This document shows positions 53,051 through 64,000 of a stretch of DNA of 64,000 nucleotides, piece by piece (the stretch's first letter is position 1; each line of letters begins with the position of its first letter). Location of the stretch: assembly GCA_951406725.2 (NCBI GenBank), contig OX597823.1, positions 12,896,001 through 12,960,000 of the forward strand. Direction: 5' to 3'. Source of the DNA: Octopus vulgaris (taxonomy: Eukaryota). A program made the position numbers and the translations under genes. The notes under the pieces were generated by a model. It saw only the letters and a list, made by a program, of their open reading frames with translations, did not search any database and was not told the origin of the DNA.

Positions 53051-54470
53051 CACGGTTGTGAAAATAATTTCTGTGTGAAAGAATCAGGGAAAAGATAAAT
53101 AAGAATCACAGAAGTTTTTTGTTCAGACTAGCAACTTCTGAGACCATTCACTAACTTCAGCTGCCAACAAAGATTGACACATGACTGTCCATTTACCAGC
53201 AGTTCATGAGAACTTAATTGCACTCGTCTCAGTTTATACACCAGCACTTGATGTCAATGAAGATGAAAAAATCATGTTTCCATATAGCAAAGTAACACCA
53301 TTTTGAAATTACCAGCGAGGAAAATTTCTTTTAAAAGATTTTAACACAAGCATAGGAGGAGATTATAGGTTACGGGAAAATATCAAGACATCGGGAACAG
53401 CAACTACGACTTGCCCCTTCTTCACTTCTGTTCGAAGTACTCCTCGTTTGTTTCCAACACATGTTTTCAGCTCTCCAACCGATTGAAGACCATTTACACG
53501 TATTCCAGAAACAAAAAAAAAACTGATATGTTCTGAATTTTGCCATCATCAGAAAATGAGACAAGATATCCTGGTCACGAGGACACGTTGCATGTCTGAT
53601 GTTTGTTGGCTGGACAACAGACTTGTCACCACAGGCATGACGATTACCATTCGGGTCACACGATAACACCTATAGCCATTGTCATGTCGAAGAAATGTTC
53701 AACATTTCTAAGTTTGTAAATACTCTCATCAAATTTTAAACAAATGTTTGCCAAGTGATCACTTTTACACTCCCAAACACCGAACATCAATTCCTTTATG
53801 GAAAATTGGTCATCTTTTCAAAATATCACTGAATCAACAAATCTAATTTCATTCAAAAGAAGGAGTAAATATAGGTTGCTGCACGGAATTTTGCCAGTAA
53901 ATAGGTCACGATTTCAAAGCGACGAAAATATTTTGACAAATTAATTTTAACAGCTTTTGCGTGTATTTAAATGGTCTCTAAACCCCTTCCCCGCTGAAGC
54001 ACTTGCACGTTAATTTCACGAGCAAGCTCTTCCGTTGTTCGTATCAGCAGGGACCCTCGTCGTTATAACCAACAGAGTGATCCTAATATATATATATCCA
54101 ATCCCAAGGCTTTGGGGCAGAACCCAGAACCATGTGATTGGAAATTAAGCTTCTTACCACAAGGCGACGCCCGCCTCGATGGACATAATTTTGGTTTATT
54201 AACTGCCATAAGTATTACTCATCATATTATCCAGCAGACGTGATGCCATCAGTCAACCAGAGCTTGCATCCTCTTGCAAGAACAGATGTGCATGGTTGCA
54301 CCTACTTCTTCACAGTAACATTTGCCTCATCTTATCATCATCAAATCATTGTCCATGAAGACTTTCTCATAGGACAAAGCAGGAGGGTGTCGGTCAGTGC
54401 CAGAAGGGTATGCAGTTATGCCTACTTTTGCATTACACCCAATAGATCGCTTATTATGTATGTATGTATG

Positions 54471-54573
<103 letters not shown>

Positions 54574-54760
54574 ATATATATGTACATATACATGCATGCA
54601 TACATACACACATGCATATATATATATATACATATATATATATATGGAGAGAGAGAGAGATCTATATATCTCTCTCTCTCTTTCTATGTATATATATATA
54701 TAATGGTGGTGCCCCAGCATGGCCACAACTCATGAGCTGAAACCAGATAAAAAAAAATAG

Positions 54761-54853
<93 letters not shown>

Positions 54854-55420
54854 ATACAGATGGACAGATATGAAAAAGCCACGGGTGTTGTGCATCCTAG
54901 AAGTGTAGTCAATATATTAGGCACTATATTTTATGGACAATGCATGCTGGTATTGGAATTTACATCAACTAATATACAACGAGACTATTGTAGAATATCA
55001 ATCACTGAAAGAAATGGATGTAGTGGAATCAGAAAGCAAATATAATTACTTGACGAACAGCTATAGGAACTGCATTCGACTGAAATATTTATACGATACA
55101 TAATCGCATCACAATCCTATGCATTATACACAAATTCCCACAAAACATTCCACGTCGATAAACATCCTAAAATTATCCGTATTCTAACTACCTCACCGGG
55201 AAACAGATCCGTGTTGATTAGTTTCCAAACCCAACTCAGTCAACATACATTTTCTTGCTACCTCACCTACCACTACTGAAAATATATTTATTGATGGTCA
55301 GGAGTTGTAGGCGAATAATAAAAATCAAGATGTCAGTCAAGCTTCATAGGATTTATGTTCTCATGCAGTAAATGAGGTGCGACATATCAGATATACTATG
55401 ATTCTCTTAAGATCTATCAA

Positions 55421-55452
<32 letters not shown>

Positions 55453-56460
55453 TCTTTCATCCTCTCTCATTCTCAGGCTTCTTCTCTCTATATGTGTGCG
55501 TGCATGTATATAACTGTTAATCTCTGTAATAATCTAATCAATTTATCTGGCTACTTAGCTATCTATCTCTAGTGTTATATCTCTAACTATCCATCTTTCT
55601 AGCTAGCTTTCTTTCCCTCTATATTTATGTCCGACTGGCGATTGGTTTTTCTATTTGCCTATCTGTCAACTATTCAATCTACTTTGTGTGTCATTTAGTA
55701 TACAGTCATACAAATCAACACCAAAAATTATGCGTTACGTAACACACTTATCTTAGACATGTGGTTAAAATATCTGAAACACAGTTTTAAAAATCCGCTC
55801 CATATTATATAAATATTCAATTATAACATCATTATATTTATGCTAAGATGATACTATGTAGAATGAGAATGTTCATATAGTAGCATTCTTTGAAAACAAA
55901 TGTATTATTTTTTTATAACATCCATTATTGATAAGTAACCGGTTTTATTCACTCAATTGATAGTCATTCATATTCAGTACACCTAATTTGATACAAAATG
56001 ATAACCACTGTCTAGTCTTTCTGTGTATTTTATTCAAGTCTAGATCTAATTTGATAAAAAGAATAGCAGTAATTGCGCAATTTCACTTATATTCCATCTG
56101 ACACTTCAAATATATTATATGACAGATTTCAATTGAAATTCAATTTCCTTGTCTATTTCACACTGTTTCTTATTTAATTCACCGTCGTCTGTGAAAAATT
56201 CAAACAATATTCCGTTTGATAAAATATCATTCAACTCGATTTCATACATAACCATCACAATATTGTGATAGATGCTCTTACATACTTCGTTGTATTTTAT
56301 AAATTGATCTAGCAAAATAATTCATTTCTCTAGACAGGAAGAAACCTTTCACATATATTTGCATTTACTCTTTTAGGTGAATTATTCTGAAATTACGTTT
56401 AGTTTTCTGAACTATTAACTACAATATTTTTCTAACTAACAATGCTTCATTTTGTTCTAT

Positions 56461-56550
56461 TTAGTCTTACATTATCTTCTAGTACCCTAGTTAGTCTTAC
56501 ATTATCTTCTAGTACCCTAGTTAGTCTTACATTATCTTCTAGTACCCTAG
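56461..56550. repeat. Perfect 30-bp tandem repeat, three copies
   Basis: TTAGTCTTACATTATCTTCTAGTACCCTAG repeated three times exactly. Confidence 0.97.
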
Positions 56551-57289
56551 TGTTCCATATATAGCATTAACGTTAGTTATGTTTGAATTCGGATCATTTT
56601 GATAATTCCATTACAAATATTTGCTCATGACAGTTTTAACAATAAAAAAAATCGTCTTTTTGTTGAACACCAAATCAACTCCAATCGAGATGTCCAATGT
56701 TAAAAAACATTCCAGAAGATACCAGCTGTCTTTTTACCCAGGAACAGTGCACCCAGGTTGCTTCGAAATAATACCTAAGGTGTTAACGTGTAAACGGAGA
56801 GACTTTTGGGTGCCTGAGTTATGAAACAAGTGTTTGCTTTTGTTTTTATCGAATTCGTAAATTTGTATTGTTAATTATGTACATATCCACCGATCAAGCA
56901 TGCTACATGAAAGACTACAATATTCTTCAGACACAATGGATCTAGATATACATAATTAAGATAAATTGTTCATTGTTAGTGTTTATTCTATGTCTGGCAT
57001 ATGAAAATATAAATAAAATTAAGAAAAATAAAGCGTCTTACCAATTTCATAATTTTCGTTTTTCAAATGGAATGAAGGGGTTTTTATGAATGCAAAGATC
57101 AATGGGGGTACAACGGCAAATAACATACACACGCACACGCACACACACACGCACACACACACACACACACGCACACACACAGACAATCAAATACACACAA
57201 TATATAAACATATACATATAAGTACATATATATATATAAATATATATGTATATATATGTGTGTATTCATATATATATGTATTTTCTTTT

Positions 57290-58724
57290 TTTTAGTTTCA
57301 GCTCAGAGCTGCGGCCATGCTGATGCACCGCCGTTTTGTGCTACACTGTTATTGCGACGAACCTCGTCTGTTATGTGGCACTTGGTGAAGAATGGAGTTT
57401 GATACAGCTACTCTCATTTGCACCTCTTGCCGTGAGGTAGGTTCATCTGGGACTCTTGACAGGAAGATATCCAGCTTTGATTTAAAAACTGCTACATCTA
57501 CTTTGTGCAAGTTCCTCAGACTCTTTGGGAGAATATTAAAAAGCTGTGGGCCCTTGAAACCCAGGCTGTTGCAAAAGCTGGTCCTGAAGCGTGATGGCAT
57601 TGCTGGGATCTTTGGCACTATGCAGTGTCGTCCCGTTCTAGCATTGGTGTAGCTTACAATGCCAAAATTTGGCACAATTCCTTCAAGGATCTTCCAGACA
57701 TATATTACTGCATACCTCTCCCGTCTTCTCTCCAGGGAGTAGAGTCTTAGCTGTTTCAGCCTTTCCCAGTAGCTGAGGTGTTGCAAAGAGACGATCTTCT
57801 TTGTGAATCTTTTCTGGATTGCTTCAAGGTCTGCTGTTAATTTTACAGTGGTGGGTGACTATAGCTGTGAACAGTAATTCAGGCGACTGGGGACGAATGT
57901 CCGCCAGAGGACCATCATGGTTTCCTTATCTCTGGTTCTGAATGTTCTTAGAATCCACCCAGCCAGTCGTCTGCACTTTGTCGCCATCCTGGTAATGTGC
58001 ACTTGGAAAGAGGTATCATCACTCATGTCGATACCCAGGTCCCTCACAGATTTAGGCTCTGGGATTGAATTTCTCTGTGGACCGGTGTATCCTGTAAGTT
58101 TAATATTCAGTTTTGGATGCTGGTAGCGCAGGGCCTGGAATTTTTCAGCATTAAACTGCATATTATTATCCTCAGCCCATCTGTAGATTGAGTCCAACTC
58201 CTGCTGCAGGTGTGCAACATCGCTGGGGTTCTGTATTTTCTGCGAGACTTTCGTATCGTCTGCATAGCTGGCCAGAGTGGCTATCCGGGCATTTGAGGGC
58301 ATATCTGAGAGGGCCACTATAAAAAGCAGTGGTCCCAAGACAGTGCCCTGTGGAACACCGCTCACTATTTGTGTGTTCATAGAGGTGGCTCCATTAACCA
58401 CTACTGCCTGACTCCTATCTTTCATGAAGTCATGCAACCACACTCCAAGTTTTCCAGCTATGCCGAGGTCACGTAGTTTGTGGGATATCATACCATGATC
58501 CACCTTGTCAAAAGCTTTTGCAAAATCAAGTTAGATTACGTCCACATTTGATTTGTTGAGTAACTGCCTCAACACCCAGTCATAATGCTGTAAGAGCTGG
58601 GTCAGGCAGCTCCTACCTGGTCGAAAATCATGCTGGGTATTACTCAGCAAGTTATTTTCCTCAAGGAATGCGATTAGTTTCTTTCTGACTATCCTTTCCA
58701 TGACTTTGCTGATGTGTGAAGTCA
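57290..58724 (-). mobile_element. 5'-truncated CR1-like LINE: reverse transcriptase pseudogene plus 3' tail
   Basis: TSHISKVMERIV, QHDFRPGRSC, LDFAKAFDKVDH, SGVPQGTVLGPLLF, SYADD, RDLG, Y.ERL..L.LYSLE.RR; in-frame stops near 58531 and 57859; stem-loop tail. Confidence 0.95.
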
Positions 58725-58762
58725 TATATATATATATATTTGTATATATATATATATATATA

Positions 58763-58842
58763 GGATGATGAGTGGCTATATTTAAATTGAATTGATTTTA
58801 CTGTTATCAGTTTGAAAATATAGCCACGAAACACGTGTATTC
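58763..58842 (+). ncRNA. Hammerhead motif with perfect 12-bp stem II (C3 lost)
   Basis: gga TGATGA GTGGCTATATTT ... AAATATAGCCAC GAAA CACGTG TA ttc, directly after a TA tract. Confidence 0.7.
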
Positions 58843-59019
58843 AATTTCCTATTTATATATTATTTATTTATTATTTCGTATTTTATCTAGTTCTAGGTAA
58901 ATGTTTTATCGTATCTTTAATTTTTTTCTATATGGTATGATTTAATTATATCATTGTTGAATTGCTGCATAGTGGTTCTTCTCAAATTTATATACATATA
59001 TTATATATATGTATACATA

Positions 59020-59060
<41 letters not shown>

Positions 59061-61527
59061 ATGTATGTATGTATGTATGTATGTATGTATGTATGTATGT
59101 ATGTATGTATGTATTTATGTACTGTGAGTATGCACGTACGACTACAACTATATGTCAGAGATCCACGCCGTATATCTTTATCCAGTCGGTTTACAGTATA
59201 GTTGTTAATCGATCACTGTACTTATCAATTTTACTAGTTATGACATACAGAGCAAAAGGAGTTGAAATTAAGTTAAAGAGCAGTATAGATATTTACTTCC
59301 TATGTACGTTTCCCCATAGCAAGGATATTCCAAGTCCATTCAGATATCTAAGTCCAACGGATCATCATAGGCAGATTTTTTATGGATTCTGTTACAAGAT
59401 ATTTGATCTCTGTAGCAAAAGGCAATAAGGTGTTCCCCTGATGGCATTGCACTGAGACATCCAAATTTATTCGTTACATCCTCTGTTAAGTTCTCAGTAA
59501 CTGCAGTGGTGAAATGTACGAAGGAACGAAATATTTATCTTAATTTCCACTTGACAGTTTCAAAATTTATCATTACTCTATCTATCAGTGTATAAGACGG
59601 AGTTTTGCCTATAACGTCATCTCAAAATTAATGTCTTCTTGAAATACTAAATATTAAAACTGAAACATATTATGGCTTGAAGTGTTACGATTCTTAATGG
59701 AAAAGAGCGTAAAATACTCGCGTAGTTTCTATAATCTCACAAATCAAAGTCTTCTGAAACTTCCTGGTGTGTTTTAGAAGCTTGATTGATGAGTTTGCAT
59801 TAAGATGATAATTATATATTGCAAATATGTCTGCCAAACGTAAGTATAGCAGCTAGAATATTGTACAATAAAGATTAAATGGCTTTGGAAATAAAAAAAC
59901 AGGATATACTAACAAGTTTAAACTCAGTATAAGGTTTGGGTAAAAGGGCCCAGTGCAAATTATATCTACATGAGACACATGTAGTAAACATGATACATGA
60001 GCTGCATTAAATTTTATCCGATGCATTTAAGAAAATTCATTTATTTGCACTCAAGTAAACTGAATCTCACTATAAACGCATTAAATGCTCGAAATCCACT
60101 ACTTTGTGATATAATAGATTTGTAATATGATCGTGTATCACGCAGTATACTAGGGTATCACAAAATATATTGGCAGAATTTAGGTTCCTCATCTCTATTA
60201 CTTCACGATGCAAAATGAGAGACTTAATTGTTTCCTATACGACATTAGAAACCTGTATAAATCATCAAGAAAATTTGACATTAACTGTGATGGAATTGCG
60301 TTTGTAAATAATGCGGAAACATCGTTTTTGAAAAGAAGACTCCATAGCATAAATTAAAGTAGCCCTTTTGTGTATGGCAGTTGTAGACAAACTCAAACTA
60401 ATAATAATTGGAAAAGGTAAAACCAAAAAAAAAAATCATACCTAAAACCATGTTCTCTGCTGGGAGTTTTTCAAACTGTAACCAATGGGAAAGTAAAGAC
60501 ATAATATATAGAACTATAATGATATGTGTTGAAAGTCCATGTACATATGGTAGGTTTTGAAAATATAAGAGGTATTGTGTGAAATATGTGTTAATTGTTA
60601 TTAAGAGAAACCAAAGAAATGCATGGTCATAGAGTAAAGGGACACGGCAGGTATTTCTGTCAAGCAAAATCAATTACGGTTCAAAATTTACATTTGAATT
60701 TTAAATCCTTAGGTAGACTATACATCAGTAAGCACATCTACAAATACATCTACATATAATGTAGATAAATAAGTCTGTTTCTGCTAAAGAAAACGTTGTT
60801 GTTAGGGAGTTATAAACAATGATTTTGTGTTATGAAATAGTTCTTAAAATGAAAATAATTTTAAAAATATGAATAAATAAAATAGATAAAAACACGAACT
60901 TATCTGAGCCAAATAGCAACGTTAATTTATAATTTTATAACATTTAATTCGCTCGTTTGTAAATGTAAAATGTTATATAATTTCTAATCAGCATTATTTT
61001 AACTTATTCATATTAGATATTTTATTTTTTAAATTTTATTGTATATCTCCTTTAATTCCACTTTATCTTACACCTCTCTGAAACTAAAATGTATCCCTTC
61101 CCAATCATTGTAAACCCTCAGGTATTTCAAATTCATTATAATCAAAGAAGTAGAAGTCGATATTTCTTTCCTCTTATCTAAATATTTTGTATATATTCAT
61201 ATTTTTCATCTTATTACCATATATTTTTTATCACGGTCTAAATATTGCAATATTTTATGATGGCATGGGTATGTTTAATGCTGCAGTAACTTTTTATCAG
61301 TAACCGTCTCATTGGGAAAAATAAAACATTACAAATAAACTGACATTTGTCATTACTGCAATTTTATCGGTTCCTAATTCACTTTCACTTTAATTAATCA
61401 TCACAAATTCTTTATTTTCATCATTTCCAACCATTAGAACTCATAGAACAACCATGTTGATACCTGTAAAAATGACTACTATAATTATCTTATTGTAAGC
61501 ATCATTATTAAGAAGCCTAAAATAATC

Positions 61528-62276
61528 TTATTTCTTTATTGCCCACAAGTGGCTAAACATAAAGGAGACAAACAAGGACAGGCATAGGTATTAAGTCGAT
61601 TACATCGACCCCAGTGCGTAACTGGTACTGAATTTATCGACTCTGAAAGGATAAAAGGCAAAGTCGACCTCGGCGGAATTTGAACTCAGAACGTAACGGT
61701 AGACGAAATATCTATTTCTTTACTACCCACAAGGGGCTACACACAGAGAGGACAAACAAGGACAGGCAAACGGATTAAATTGATTATACCGACCCCAGTG
61801 CGTAACTGGTACTTATTTAATCGACCCCGAAAGGATGAAAGGCAAAGTCGACCTCGGCGGAAATGGAACTCAGAACGTAACGGCAGACGAAATACCTATT
61901 TCTTTACTACCCACAAGGGGCTACACACAGAGAGGACAAACAAGGACAGGCAAACGGATTAAATTGATTATATCGACCCCAGTGCGTAACTGGTACTTAT
62001 TTAATCGACCCCGAAAGGATGAAAGGCAAAGTCAACCTCGGCGGAATTTGAACTCAACGTAACGGCAGACGAAATGCCCATTTCTTTACTACCCACAAGG
62101 GGCTAAACACAGAGGGGACAAACAAGGACTGACAAACGGATTAATTCGATTACATAGACTGCAGTGCGTAGGGCAAAGTCGACCTCGGCGGAATTTGAAC
62201 TCAGAACGTAACGGCAGACGAAATACCGCTAAGCATTTCGCCCGGCGTGCTAACGTTTCTGCCAGCTCGCCGCCTT
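61528..62276 (-). mobile_element. SINE family B tetramer (one head plus four roughly 180-bp body units)
   Basis: Single head at about 62225-62276; units rejoin at AAAGAAATAGGTATTTCGTCTGCCG. Confidence 0.92.
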
Positions 62277-63629
62277 AAATAATTTGTCGTTGTGATTACG
62301 CGAATCTTGATTTATCCACGTTATTTCATCATTTCTTCTTGCCTTCATTTCATCTTAATTTGGGTTTTCAGTTAAATTCTTTTATTTCATCAACATAATT
62401 TGACAAATAGCATTGAACGACGCTATCGTTAAATTATATCGCAAAGAATTTGCGTTCCTTAAATTGTTTTTGAATTCCGTGCATGCCAACCAAAAAATGA
62501 TATACACTGAGAGTTTCTATGTAACCCACATAAGATGCCTGTATGTTATACAATGGATTTTTAACACTTTTGGTGCGCTTGGTTTTCATAGTAAATGCCT
62601 AAGTGTGAATCTCGAGAAGCTAAGCTTTTCAGAAAAAAGATATTTAGCAGATAACAGGCACATTACAAATACATTCAGTATGCGGAACAAGAAAAAGGCA
62701 TGCAAGACTTTCTCAAGTTCAAAACGTGACATTGTTCTCTTATCTACATTCCGGCAACGGAGTTTTGTATCAGTGTTAGAAACCAACTCCTTTCTAACAG
62801 GAAACGTTGAAATAGTTAACAGGAGACACACACATACATTACATATTATATATAAGCGCCCATACATGCATACATACATACATAGATACATACATACATA
62901 CATACCTACATACATACATACATACGTACATACATACGTACATACATACATACATACATGCATGCATGCATACATATATACATACACACACATACATACA
63001 TACATACATACAAACTTACATACATACATACATGCATGCATGCATACGTACATACATACATACATACATACATACATACATACACACGTAATACATATAT
63101 GCATGCATACATACACACAGACAAACAGACAGACAGACAAACATCTCTATACATATGTGTGTGTGCGTGTGTGTATGTAGGTGTATGTGCATGTGTGTGT
63201 GTACATGTGTGAGGAATGGGGATGACTAAGTAATTGATTGTCTTATGAACATTATTAGTTTGCAGTTGTTTCTGCTATTAAATGCAGTGTACTCATTGTT
63301 GAGTGCCTGAGTAACAATTTGTAGCTTCATCGGAGCGTCGAATATAAAGACAAATGTTATTCCTTCCCAACTAAATTGCACTTCATATTCGAAACACTCA
63401 TGAAGCTATAAGGTCCACCTACATCTTACTGCGTCCACTACATCTTACAACAGAAACAATTGTAAGGTAATGAAGTTCATAACATAATCAGTTATTGTGT
63501 TTCCTCTCTTTCTTATTACCGCTCTAGTCAGCCAACAGTTCGCTCTAGATCATGTATATTGAGTTTTCACAATGTCTAAGCGAAATATCAAAACAATATA
63601 TAAAAAATTATATATATATATAAATTACT

Positions 63630-63830
63630 AAAAGCTCCACGAGACTCCGGCAGGGGGTGGTAATCCCTGCTGTACTCTTTCACCACTCTTTCTCCCACTC
63701 TTTCTTCTGTTGGCCTGCTCGCTTAGCCAGCGGGGTGGCGTCATTCGAAGGCTAAAACAATGCGAACGCATTGTGACCAGCGATGTGTAACAACATCTGA
63801 TGGTCTGGTCGGTCACGTGATCACGTGATA
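63630..63830 (+). mobile_element. 5'-truncated SINE: family C body with a third tail type ending in (CACGTGAT)2
   Basis: AAAGCTCCACGAG.CTCCGGCAGGGG...CTGTACTCTTTCACCAC, then diverges from family C. Confidence 0.75.
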
Positions 63831-63833
63831 TAG

Positions 63834-63991
63834 ATTACAGCTTAGGGTATCTACGAGATACCGCCATGCTGAAAATGGCAGCCATGATCTGACTCTAAAA
63901 CCACCTTGAGTATGGATCTGACTCCTTATGCGTCAGATCATCGCTGCTATTTTCAACATGGCGGCATCTCGTAGATACCCTAAGTTGTAAT
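63834..63991. mobile_element. Hairpin MITE (arms about 65 bp)
   Basis: ATTACAGCTTAGGGTATCTACGAGATACCGCCATG... / ...CATGGCGGCATCTCGTAGATACCCTAAGTTGTAAT. Confidence 0.88.
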
Positions 63992-64000
63992 TTTAATAAT

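Noticed and set aside
54200-54445. Possible CCHC knuckle of an R2-group LINE on the minus strand
   Set aside because: Needs several frameshifts; cannot be supported by eye.
56461-56550. 30-bp repeats of CRISPR-like length
   Set aside because: Head-to-tail with no spacers, eukaryotic context, no cas genes.

Overview
AT-rich, microsatellite-saturated eukaryotic DNA with no intact host gene detectable. The repeat repertoire (several tRNA-derived SINE families, dense (TA)n/(CA)n/(TATG)n/(GATA)n/(AAT)n tracts) is typical of an octopus/cephalopod genome (inference). Nearly all long ORFs in the track are microsatellite artefacts. Real coding remnants are all transposon-derived: a Penelope-like (Neptune-type) GIY-YIG C-terminus (23181-23890, -), a CR1-like RT (57290-58724, -), a nested hAT transposase pseudogene (31203-34560, -), two mariner remnants, RTE-type and HERO/R2-group LINE fragments, plus Helitrons, MITEs and two large hairpins. 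The main unexplained signal is RNA-level. Short elements embedded in (TA)n tracts repeatedly carry hammerhead-ribozyme motifs: about seven Penelope-type type I hammerheads with core variants, one of them downstream of a tRNA-like Pol III promoter. A further three-copy family (about 10.7 kb, 11.5 kb, 36.9 kb) has hammerhead strands in a non-circularly permuted order, with covarying helices. All structures were read by eye and are untested.
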